A program made the translations under genes and the position numbers. Below, one piece after another: positions 27,901 through 40,414 of a stretch of DNA of 64,000 bases. The notes beneath the pieces were generated by a model. It saw only the letters and a program-made list of their open reading frames with translations. It made no database searches and was not told the origin of the DNA. Source of the DNA: Anaeramoeba ignava BMAN (Eukaryota; Protista; Anaeramoebae); assembly GCA_028826165.1 (NCBI GenBank), contig JAPDFW010000069.1:124001-188000 (forward strand), read 5' to 3'. The first letter of the stretch is position 1. The number at the start of each line of letters is the position of its first letter.

Positions 27901-29304
27901 GAGAAAATTTACAATCTTGAAAGCGATTTAAACGAGACAAAAAAGAAAAATCAACAACTCAATAACACAATTTCTGAAAATTCAGCTACTATTTCCCAAT
28001 TACAATCACAAATGCAAAAAATTTCAACTGATTTCGAGAAAAAAAAAACAAATGAAGCACAAAAAAATGAGGAAATTGAAAAGAAAAATATAGAAATTAT
28101 GGATCTGAAGGAAAAAATTAATGATTATTTGAAAACTATTGAAGAAGAAAAAGCCAAATTGAAAATCTTCCAGTCTTCTGATGATGATGAATCCAAAAAC
28201 CATCTGTTGAAAATCACTGAAGAACAGCAAGAAGAAAGGAAAAAACTCCTTGATTTGAAGGTCAAGCTTGAATCTCAAAATCTACAACAATCAAACATGA
28301 TCGAACAGCTTAAAAACAACCAAATGGATAAAGAAAAAATAATTTCTGAAAAGGAAGAAGAAATCAAAAAACTAACACTTAAAAATGAAAAACTCAAACA
28401 AGAAATACAAGAATCAGAAGGTGTCTCCAAGAAAAGAGCTGAGGAAATGAATCAACTCCACTCGAAAAAATATGAACTATTATCTTTAGAAAACAACCAA
28501 TTAAAAATTCAAAACCAAAATTTTCAGTCTCAAATTTCTCAGTTAATTTCAATGCATCATCAAAACCAACAAAATAATATTAAAGAACAAACAATACAAA
28601 CACCAATAAAAGAAGAAAATCCTCAAATTATTAATCCTTCAGAATCAAAAATTCCAAATCAAGAAGATAATCCTCCAAAACAAAATCCTGATAAAAATGA
28701 ACAAGTTACACTTTCTAAAGATGAAACTCAATTTATTGAAGATTTGAAAAAAACTGTTTCTCAATTCAAAGAGCATTTCGAAGTCAAATACAAAGATTCT
28801 CCAGAAGCTGGAAATGAAAAAAAAAACTCAGACTTGCATTCATTAGTTCAGGAAACATTGTGGAAAAACATTGAATCCTTGATCCTAAAAGGATTCCGCA
28901 AAATCAAAAAAATGGGATTTGGATCAAATTCGATTTGGAATATTTTGGAAAGTTGCGCCAAGAAGAATTCTCTTCCTAATAAAACTAAGAATATTCCGAA
29001 TTTGGAAAATGATTTTAAGCTTTTTCAACAAGCTATTAAATTTATCAATTCATATGAAAAATTCTCAAAGAAAGATGTTGAAATTAAATTTCGTGCTTTT
29101 TTGAGATGGAGTTTGAATGAAAAGAAAATGAGTTCTTGGTTTTTGGTTCTTTCTGTTTTTAATGAACTTCTTCATAAATTTTATGAGAATTCTTGGCATT
29201 CAACTTTACAGAAAAGATTAGAATCTATTTCTGAAATTGTTCAACCTTTAGCAAATTATTCATTTAAATGTTTTATTAATTTAGAAGTTCAAAAAAGGAA
29301 ATGA
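24991..29304 (+). CDS. PH domain + long coiled coil + C-terminal RUN domain protein
   Basis: Exons 24991-25174, 26439-27173, 27251-29304 in phase. PH: MEGTITKEG....KKRWFKL....FSYYK...SWYE. RUN-like: IESLILKGF, SIWNILE, KFRAFLRWSLNEK, KFYE, LANYSF. Confidence 0.82.
25177..26395. repeat. Intronic microsatellite mosaic (AAAATC / AATTTA)
   Basis: Fills intron 25175-26438. Confidence 0.9.
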
Positions 29305-29419
29305 TGATTTTTTTCATTATTATAATTTTTCTTTTATTTTTCTTTTGTTTTATTTTCCAATAATTTTTTTTTTTAATAAAGAATAAAAGAAAAAAAGTAA
29401 TTTCTTAATAAATTGTTTT

Positions 29420-32027
29420 TCAGAAAAGATTCTTTGCTTTTTGAATCAAATTTTCCAAATTAATTGAAGAGTTTTTTTTCAACCATTTTCTTGCTTTTTC
29501 AACAACTAAAAACCATTCATCTTGAACAGAAGAGTGTTTTGTTTCCAAATAAAAAACAACAATAGCAGTGATCCAAACATTTTCAGAAATATTTTCAGGA
29601 ATTTCTTTACGAATTTTTTCAGTTGATAAAGAAATTTGGGAAGATAATTCTTCAGTTAAATCCCATGAACCATTTGCCTTTTGGAGATAAATAATTGATT
29701 CAACAACAGAAAGATTTTTAGGAGGAAGAATGGATTTTTCAGAATCTGTAACTATAATAATTGGGCTTTGGTTTGTGCTCTTATTTTGGTTTATGTGCTT
29801 AATTACTGGTTCTGGAGAAACTGATTTTTCTCGAATAGGGGGTGAACCATCTGATTTTAAGAGAGAAAGTCGATATTCAAGATTATCCATTTCATCCTCT
29901 TTTTCTTCTGCTTTGGATAAAGAATTGATGGGAGTTAATGCGTTGAGACTCAATCCTACTTCGCTATAAATTTCCTCCAAAACTTGATTAACCTCATCTT
30001 CAATATCTTCATCATCTTCATCGAAAATGGCATCATCCATAGTATCTTGTATCATATGAGAAGGTGAAGGTTTTCGAAGAGAATAAGACAAAGAAAACGA
30101 TTTGGGAGAATATTGACGAGCTGATTGAACAGGTTTTTCAACAGGTTTTTGAACAGGAATTTTGCGAACCACAATTTCTTCGATATTTTCAGATTCGTCT
30201 TCATTCTCAACAGTTGCAACAAAACTTGTTTTTGAAGACACAATTTGATAAGTTGTTCCTAAACGTATGATTTCCTTATCAATAAATTCCTGAGTGATTC
30301 CTTGAAGAAGAGAGCCTTGATCATTGTGAAACTTGCTTGTTTTTTCTGTCATCTCTCTGATCATCCATTTAGCAGCAAGAGGATGAAGAGCATTAGGCTG
30401 GCGGATACTCTCATCAAAAGAAAGAGGCAATTCCCATGAGAATTCCTTATTGCCTGACAACGCGCTCAGAATCAAAGTTGGTGATTTTGCTTGATTTTGA
30501 TTTCTTTGTTCCTCAACTTCCTTTTTATCAAAAAACATAAATATCAAGAATCGCGAGAGAGAGAAAATTGGGGGAAGTCTCCATGGAGTAACAAGTTCAG
30601 GAGCCTTGATATCCTTCCATTCAATCTTTGTGTTTGACAAACAGGGCTGAAGCGCAAGACGAAGTTGCCTCAAAACCTTTGATTTGATTTCCTCATTTTC
30701 AACAATAAACTCAGCTTGTCCACCTCCAGCACGCGCAATTCCTTCCACAAGCTCTTTGGATGCGCCGTGGCCAATTCCAAAAGTAAATACTCTAGTTGAA
30801 CCACGATTTCTCTTCACAATATCAAGACAATTTTGAGTATCCCAAACCTCCCCATCTGTCAACAAGAAAACTTGACGAGAAAACCCCTTGCGAGCGCTGG
30901 ATCTAAATATTTCCCTCAAAACTCCAATAAGTTCAGTGCCACCAAGATCTGCCTTTAAATCAAGTGCATGCGCTTTCGCTTGTGAGAGTGAATTGTCATC
31001 GTACATCACACTTTCGGGAAAAAGTTTTTCGAAAGTTGATCCGAATCCGTAGATGTTGAAAAAACATGATTCTGGAAGCGAATGAAGAAAAATCTCAAGT
31101 GTTTTTTTAACTGAATTAATTGGTGATCCACTCATGCTCCCACTTCGATCCAATAAAAATATCATTTCTGAGTTGACATCAAGCTCGCTCAGATCAGGAA
31201 AAAGAGTTGCCATCGCTACTACTTCTCCTTCCTTGTCTTCGCGTGTCACTACTCTTGGCTCGTGTGGGTATTCCTCTTGTACTAGAACCACAATATCCTT
31301 GCCGACTTCCTTTTCACTTGGCTGTAAAGAAACTGTGCAGTATTTGCTGTTTAATATGGGATTGATTTCGTGTGTTGGCGAAGTAACGTTTGTAATTTTG
31401 GATTGCATTTCCATGCTGATGTTTATGGTATATCCATAGGGAACTTTTTGCGAATATTCAACATTTGCCAAGTCAGTTTGTTGTGATTCTTCAATATGCT
31501 CAACTGGAACATAACGCGGTGCAATTGTTGTTGGCAAAAAAAACCTGTATCGTCCGTCTGGTTCTTCAGATAAGATTGTTACATATCTTATTGTCACAAC
31601 ACATTGTTTCTTTGCTCCTAAATTCCCAACATTTGTTACAAAAACATCTGGTTTTTCTTCTTCCATTTTTGCTCTATTTTTTTATTTTAAATGAGAATTT
31701 TATCTTTTTTAAAAAATTTTTTTTCTATTTTAATTACGCTGTTTTTCCTTGTGCAATCGCATCATCATAAATTTCTCTTGCTTTTTGTTTTTCTTTCACT
31801 TTCCCAATTATATGTTTTCCTTCCAAAAATACTTCAAATCCGCAAACTGCTGATTCTGAATCTAAAGGAAACACAAAAACTGTTTCTATAGGATTATTTT
31901 CTTCATTTTCATATCTTTGGTTTAATGTAACAGAAGCTGTAAATCCAAAAATTTCACAATTTACTGAAATTCCTTTAAGAGGAACTGTATTTGAAGTTTT
32001 ATTATTTACTAATCCAATTCTAACCAT
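29420..32027 (-). CDS. VIT + vWA domain protein (VWA5A-like)
   Basis: Exons 32027-31738 and 31673-29420. VIT: PLKGISV...QRYEN....PIETVFVFPL...AVCGFE, NVGNL. MIDAS: FLLDRSGSM, DLGGTEL, LLTDGEV, FTFGIG. C-terminal LQKANGSW. Confidence 0.9.
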
Positions 32028-32084
32028 TTTAAAAAGAAAAAAAAAATGAAAAAAAAATTTTTTTGCTTTTTTATTTATTATTTA

Positions 32085-35000
32085 ATTTTATTAACAATTT
32101 CAAATTAATTTATTATTTAATATTATTTAATTTTATAGATATTTTTTTATTCAAATATTTTAATAAATTTATTTCAATAATTAATTAATAAATTATTTAT
32201 TATTTATTTATAATTTATTTCAAAATATAATTTTATTAACAATTTCAAATTAATTTATTATTAAATATTATTTAATTTTATAGATATTTTTTGATTCAAG
32301 TATTTTAATAAATTTATTTCAACATTTAATTAATAAATTATTTAATATTTATTTATAATTTATTCAAAAAAATATAATTTTTTATTAACAATTTCAAATT
32401 AATTTATTATTAAATATTATTCAATTTTATAGATATATTTTAATTCAAGTATTTTAATAAATTTATTTCAATAATTAATTAATAAATTATTTATTATTTA
32501 TTTATAATTTATTTCAAAATATAATTTTATTAATATTTTCAAATTAATTTATTATTAAAATATTATTAAGATTAAACATTTATTTTTGATTAAAATATTT
32601 TTAATAAATTTATTTCAATAATTAAATTAAATAATTTATTATTTATTTATAATTTATTTCAAAATATAGTTTTTTAAAAATTTAATTTTTATTAATTTAT
32701 TTTAAATATTATTAATTTTATTTTTAATTCAAATATTTTAATAAATTTATTTCAACAATTAATTATAAATTATTTATTTTATTCAAATTTATTTGAAATA
32801 TAATTTTTATTAACAATTTCAAATTAATTTATTATTTAATATTAATTATTTTTTATTTATTTTAATTTATTTCAACAATTAATTAATAAATTATTTATTT
32901 TTAATTTATTTATAATTTTATTAACAATTTCAATTTTATTATTTAATATTATTTAATTTTTAGATATTATTCAAATATTTTTATAGATATATTTTTAATT
33001 CAAATATTTTTTAATAAATTTATTTAAAAAAATATTTTATTAAATTTATAAATTATTTATTATTTATAATTTTTATAATTTATTTTTATATTATTTTTTT
33101 AATTTTATTAACAATTTTTCAAATTAATTTATTATTAAATATTATTCAATTTTTTAGATATATATTTTTTTATTCAAATATTTTTAATAAATTTATTTCA
33201 ATAATTAATTAATAAATTATTTATTATTATTTATTTATAATTTATTTCAAAATATAATTTTATTAACATTTTCAAATTAATTTATTATTAAATATTATTC
33301 AATTTTTAGAGATATTTTTATTCAAATATTTTAATAAATTTATTTCAATAATAATTAATTATTATTTAAATTATTTATAATTTTTATTATTTATTTATAA
33401 TTTATTTTTAAAAATAAAATATTTTTATTTCAAATTAATTTTATTTAATATTATTTAAAAAATTAATATTATTTTATTTATTTTTATTCAAAATTTTATT
33501 TTAATTAAATTATTTTTATTTTCAAATATTTTAATAAATTTTTTTTTATTTATTTCAAATTAATTTTAATTATTTATTATTTAATTTATTTTTAAATATA
33601 ATTTTTATTAATTTTAAATTAATCAAATTTATTAAATATTATTCAATTTTATAGATATTTTTGATTCAAATTTATTTTAAAATAAATTTTTATTTCAACA
33701 TTTAATTAATTTCAACATTTATTATTTATTTATTATTTATTTATAATTTATTTTTAAAATAATTTTTATAATTTCAAATTAATTTATTATTAAATATTAT
33801 TCAATTTTATTTCATTTTAATTTATTATTAAATATTATTCAATTATTTTTATTTATTTTATTTATATTTTTTTATTCAAATATTTTTAATAATTTTATTA
33901 GATATATTTTTATTTATTTTAATAAATTTCAATTTATTATTTATTTATTTATAATTTATTTATAATAAATTTAAAATTTAATTTTATTAACATTTTCAAA
34001 TTAATTTATTATTAAATATTATTCAATTTTATAGATATATTTTTATTCAAATATTTTAATAAATTTATTTCAATATTAATTAATAAATTATTTATTATTT
34101 ATTTATAATTTATTTCAAAATAATTTAATTAACAAATTAATTTATTATTTAAAATATTATTAATTTTTAGATTTATTTTTATTCAAATATTTTAATAAAT
34201 TTATTTCAATATTTAGTCTAATAAATTATTTATTATTTTTATAATTTATTTCAAAAAATATAATTTTATTAACAATTTCAAATTAATTTATTATTAAATA
34301 TTATTCAATTTTATAGATATTTTAATTTAAAATTTATTTTTAATAAATTTCAAAAATAATTTTTTAATTTTAAAATTATTATTAAAATATAATTTATTTT
34401 AAAATATTAATTTTATAAATTTATTTTTTTAATAATTAAATTTATTTTTAAAAAATATTTTTTTATTTTTAAATATTTCAAAATTTATATTTTATTATTA
34501 ATTTTTAATATTTATTCAATTTTTTATAAAATATTTTTTTAAATTTATTTTAAAAAAAAAATTTTATTAACATTTTTAATTTATTATTAAATATTATTCA
34601 ATTTTTATAGATATATTTTTTTATTCAAGTATTTTAATAAATTTATTTCAATAATTAATTAATAAATTATTTATTATTTATTTATAATTTATTTCAAAAT
34701 ATAATTTTATTAACATTTTCAAATTAATTTATTATTAAATATTATTCAATTTTATAGATATATTTTAATTCAAATATTTTAACAAATTTATTTCAATATT
34801 TAATTAATAAATTAATTTATTATTTATTTATTTATAATTTATTTTAAAATATAATTTTATTAACAATTTCAAATTAATTTATTATTAAATATTATTAAAA
34901 ATATTTTATTTTTGATTCAAAATATTTTAAAAATTTATTTTAATAATTAATTAATAAATTTTTATTATTTATTTTAATTTATTTTAAATTTCAAATTAAT

Positions 35001-35720
35001 TTATTATTAAATAATTCAATTTTATAGATTTAATTAAAAATATTTTAATAAATTTATTTTATTAATTAATAAATTATTTATTATTTATTTATAATTTATT
35101 TCAAAATATAATTTTATTAATATTTCAAAAATTAATTTATTATTAAATATTATTCAATTTTATAGATATTTTTGATTCAAGTATTTTAATAAATTTATTT
35201 CAACATTTAATTAATAAATTTATTTATTATTTATTTATAATTTATTTTTAAAATATAATTTTAATTTTATTAACAATTTCAAATTAATTTATTTTAAATA
35301 TTATTAAAATTTTATTTCAACATTTAATTAATATATTTTAATTCAAAAATATTTTAATAAATTTATTTCATTAATTTAATTAATAAATTATTTATTTTTT
35401 TTTTATAATTTTTATTAATTAATTATTTAATTTTATTATTTATTTCAATTTAATAAAATTATTAAATATTATTCAATTTTATAAATATATTTTAATTCAA
35501 ATATTTTAATAAATTTATTTCAATAATTAATTAATAAATTATTTAATATTTATTTATAATTTATTTCAAAATATAATTTTTAACAATTTCAAATTTTTAT
35601 GTTAAAAATATTAATTTACGTTTTAGATTTTTTAAATATTTTTATTTTTAATAAATTATTTATTATTATTTATTTATAATTTATAAATATAAAAATTAAA
35701 TTATTATTAATTTAATTTAA
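32085..35720. repeat. Degenerate AT-rich tandem repeat, about 145-150-nt unit
   Basis: Recurrent AACAATTTCAAATTAATTTATTATTAAATATTATTCAATTTTATAGATA...TTCAAATATTTTAATAAATTTATTTCAA; first copies near 32093, 32238 and 32388; no ORFs. Confidence 0.85.
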
Positions 35721-36394
35721 TATTTTATTTATAAATTAATTTAAAATATAATTTTATTAATTTCATTATTAAAATAATAATTTTTATTTTTATTTTAGGG
35801 TTAAATATTTAATTTATTTAAATATTTAATTTATTTCAAAAAAAATATAAAAATGAAAATAAATTTTATAGATTTAATATTTAATTTTTAAAATTAATTT
35901 CAAAAATATAATTTAATATTTAATTTTATGTTTAAAATATTAATTTATTGTTTTAATTTATTTTATGTTTAAAATATTTTGAAAATTGATTTTTGAAATT
36001 AAAATTTTATCTTTTTTTGAATTAAATTGAATTAATAATTTAATGTTTTAGATTTAAATATTTTATTTTTAAAATTTAAATTTATTAATAATTTTTAAAT
36101 TCAATTTAAAAAATTAAATGTTTAAAAAAATAAATTAAAATTTAAATTTTCCTTTTTAAAAATAAAAATTAAAAAAATAATAATAATTTTATTAATAATT
36201 TTAAATTCAAAAAAATAAATTAAAATAAAAAAATAAAAATTAATTATTAATTTAAATTTATTCTTATTTTTTATATTTTTATTTATTTTCAAAATCCACT
36301 TTTTTTATTCATTTTTTTTTAAATTTTTTTTTTTCATTTTTTTCCTTTTTTTTTAAAACAAAAACAAAAACATAAAAACAAAAACAAAAACAAA

Positions 36395-39300
36395 ATGGAT
36401 AATAATAATAATAACCAAATTGAAAATCAAAATCAAAATGAAAATGAAAATGAAATGAAAAATTTAGAAAAAAAAGTAACAAAAAATTTAATTAAAGATT
36501 ATTCAAACCTTTTAAATGGAAATTCATTTAAAGATTTTTCAATTTTTGTTGAGAATAAATCAAATCCTTTTGAAATTAAAGTTCATAAATCAATTTTATC
36601 TTCAAGATCTCCTTTTTAATGAATTTTTAAAGGAGAAAACGATATTGATAGTTTTTTAAATCAATTTAATAAAAAGAAATGGAATCAATTTTAAGTTATA
36701 TTTATTATGGAAATATTTCTTTTGAGAATCAAGAAAATCTTCTCCAATTATTGGAAATTTCAATTTATTTCAAATTAAATTTATTGAAAGAAATTATTCA
36801 AAAAAAAATTTCAAATTCAATTAATTATTCAAATTTTTTCCAATTTTTATTCCAAAATCGAAATTTAAATTCAAATGAAATTGAAATAAAATGTTTTGAA
36901 TTAATAAATCAAAATTTTTCCCAAATTCAAAATAATGAGAATTTATTCAATTTAACTAAAGAAGAAATTATCAAATTTATTCAATTTAAACAAGAAAAAA
37001 AAGAAATTTTTCAATTTGATTTTTTTCAATTTTTAAATAATTGGATTAAAAAAAGAGTTAAAAGATTAAAATTAAGGAAATATAAACACAAAATGAATGC
37101 AAAGAAAAGATTATTTCATTCTTTTTTTTCATTATTTGATAAAGATTCAATTTCAAAACAAGATTTCGATAAATTAAAACAATTTGATATTTTTCTTCCA
37201 AATTCTTTTTAATTCATTTGGAAAGAACTATTTTGAAAAAGAAAAAGAAAAATCAAAGAAAATGAAAAGAAAATCAAAGAAAAAAAAAGGAAAATCAAAA
37301 ATCTAAAAAGAAAAACAAAAAATGGAAAAAAAAAATCAGAAAAGACAAACAAAAAGAAAAAGAAAATGGAAGAAAAAGAAGAGATAATAAAATAAAAGAA
37401 AAGATCAAATCATTTCAAATCTGAAAATCAAAAGAAAAGAAAAAAAAAGGAAAATCAAAAAATCCAAGAAAAAGAAAAGGAAAATCAAAAATTGAAATCT
37501 GAAAATGAGAAAAAGGAAAAAGAAAATAAGAATAAAGATAAGATTCTCAAACAAAAAGATGAAGAAATCCAAAATCTTAAATTATCATTTGAAAAAGAAA
37601 AACAAAAAATAAAAGAAATTCAAAAAGAAGAATCAAATCAAAATCAAAATAAATTATTGAAGATTTTACCTCAATTTTCAAATTCAGAAATTATTAAAGA
37701 TATTGAATATGTTAAGAAATTACAAGAATGGATAAATGATAATGATTTTTTTTATAAAATGAAAAAAGGATTTTCAGCAAAAAGAGATGGATTTGATTGT
37801 GAAAATTGGCATAAAGCAGTTGATGGGAAAGGAAAAACATTAGTTATTATCAAAACAAAAGATAATTTTATTTTTGGAGGTTTTACTAAAGTTGGATGGA
37901 CAAAAGATAAATCAAAATGGAGAGAAGAAGATAGAAATAGAAATAGAAATAATGATTATGGATATATTATTGATTCAAATGCATTTATTTTTTCATTAAG
38001 AAATTATAAAGGAGATAGAAAACCAGAAAAGTTTACAATTAAAAAAGGAAAAGAAGAATATGCAATTTATTATGATTTAAATTCTGGTCCATTTTTTGGA
38101 TGTAAATATAAATAATTTATATTTAATAAATAATTATTATTATAATTAAAATTAAATTAATAAATAATCCAAAATATTAATATAATAAATAATATTATTA
38201 TTTCAATTTAAAATAAAATTAATTTTAAATTAAATTATTATTAATTATTATTAAAATTAATTATTTATATTTATTAAAATAGATTGTAAATAATTTATAT
38301 TTAATAAATATTTATTAATATAATTAAAATTAAATTAATAAATAATCCAAAATATAAATATAATAAAAATATTATTATTTCAATTTAAAATAAAATTAAT
38401 TTTAAATTAAATTATTATTAATTATTATTATTAAAATTAATTATTTATATTTATTAAAATAGTTTGTAAATAATTTTTATTTAATAAATATTTATTATTA
38501 TTATTAAAATTAAATTAATAAATAATCTAAAATATTAATATAATAAATAATATTATTATTTAAATTTAAAATAAAATTAATTTTAAATTAAATTATTATT
38601 AATTATTATTAAAATTAATTATTTATATTTATTAAAAATAGCTTGTAAATAATTTATATTTAATAAATATTTATTATTATAATTAAAATTAAATTAATAA
38701 ATAATCTAAAATATTAATATAATAAATAATATTATTATTTAAATTTAAAATAAAATTAATTTTAAATTAAATTATTATTAATTATTATTAAAATTAATTA
38801 TTTATATTTATTAAAATAGGGAGTAAATAATTTATATTTAATAAATAATTTATTATTATAATTAAAATTAAATTAATAAATAATCTAAAATATTAATATA
38901 ATAAATAATATTATTATTTAAATTTAAAATAAAATTAATTTTTAAATTAAATTATTATTAATTATTATTAAAATTAATTATTTATATTTATTAAAATAGG
39001 GAGTAAATAATTTATATTTAATAAATATTTATTATTATAATTAAAATTAAATTAATAAATAATCCAAAATATTAATATAATAAAATAATATTATTATTTA
39101 AATTTAAAATAAAAATTAATTTTAAATTAAATTATTATTAATTATTATTAAAATTAATTATTTATCTTTATTAAAATAGAAGGTAAAAATAATTTATATT
39201 TAATAAATATTTATTATTATAATTAAAATTAAATTAATAAATAATCTAAAATATTAATATAATAAATAATATTATTATTTCAATTTAAAATAAAATTAAT

Positions 39301-40075
39301 TTTAAATTAAATTATTATTAATTATTATTAAAATTAATTATTTATCTTTATTAAAATAGATCGTAAATAATTTATTTATATTTAATAAATATTTATTATT
39401 ATAATTTAAAATTAAATTAATAAATAATCCAAAAATATTAATATAATAAATAATATTATTATTTCAAATTTAAAATAAAATTAATTTTAAATTAAATTAA
39501 TTATTAATTATTATTAAAATTAATTATTTATCTTTATTTTTAAAATAGTTTGTAAATAATTTTTATTTAATAAATATTTATTATTATAATTAAAATTAAA
39601 TTAATAAATAATCTAAAAAAAATATTAATATAATAAATAATATTATTATTTAAATTTAAAATAAAATTAATTTTAAATTAAATTATTATTAATTATTATT
39701 AAAATTAATTATTTATATTTAATAAAATAGATTGTAAATAATTTATATTTAATAAATATTTATTATTATAATTAAAATTAAATTAATAAATAATCCAAAA
39801 TATTAATATAATAAATAATATTATTATTTCAATTTAAAATAAAATTAATTTTAAATTAAATTATTATTAATTATTATTAAAATTAATTATTTATATTTAT
39901 TAAAATATTTATAGGTGATATTGAGTTAAATTCGAATTTACAAAATGGTTATTCAAATTTTGGTAAAAGTTATAATCTACCTAATGGAATTGAATATAGA
40001 ACAAATGAAGCTCAAAGTTATTTAGCTGGTTCTTTTAGATGGGTTGTTGATGAACTTGAAACTTATTTCATTTAA
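36395..40075 (+). CDS. BTB/POZ + coiled coil + TLDc domain protein; frameshifted in this sequence; TLDc interrupted by a tandem intron/microexon array
   Basis: BTB: FKDFSIFV...IKVHKSILSSRSPF, MESILSYIYYG. TLDc: GFSAKRDGF....WHKAVDGKGKTLVIIKT...IFGGFT..GW, DSNAFIFSL, GPFFG. Final exon 39915-40075 reads DIELNSNLQNGYSNFGKSY...YLAGSFRWVVDELETYFI*. Frame breaks fall in homopolymer runs near 36615-36680 and 37205-37490. Confidence 0.85.
38102..39914 (+). repeat. Tandem array of 10 near-identical GT-AG intron units (175-186 nt) separated by nine variable 3-nt putative microexons
   Basis: Each unit starts GTAAA and ends ATAG. 3-nt slots: 38283-85 ATT, 38463-65 TTT, 38642-44 CTT, 38820-22 GGA, 39000-02 GGA, 39180-82 AAG, 39360-62 ATC, 39549-51 TTT, 39731-33 ATT. 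Confidence 0.92.
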
Positions 40076-40414
40076 AAACTTTTTTTTTCATTTTTTTTTC
40101 AAAATTCAATTTTATTTTCATTTACTTTCAATCAAATTAAATTCTTTAAATCAATAAATAAGAAACAAATCTAATTTTAAACAATTTAATTTTAATTTAA
40201 AAATATTGATTAAAAAGAAGATTAAATTGAAAAAAAGAAAAATGAAAAAATATAAAAAAATTGAAAATAGAAATTAATTATTAATTGTAAAATGTTTTAT
40301 AAAATATAAAATAAGAAACAAAACCAATTATAATTTATTATTAATTATTATTTATTTCAAATTATAATTTCATTAATAATTTCAAATTCAATTTAAATTT
40401 TTATTTAAATTTTT

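Noticed and set aside
32270-35190. Possible second microexon array (TATAG-ATATTTTTTGATTCAA-GTATT) in the upstream repeat
   Set aside because: GT is present in only a minority of units, slot length varies, and there is no flanking coding exon.
35794-35803. TTAGGG telomere-like motif
   Set aside because: Single copy; expected by chance.
38102-39914. Plain satellite within one long intron, or a CRISPR array
   Set aside because: Not CRISPR, given the 177-nt repeats and 3-nt spacers. A plain satellite does not explain AG-NNN-GT at all nine junctions with variation concentrated in NNN; it is kept only as the null hypothesis.
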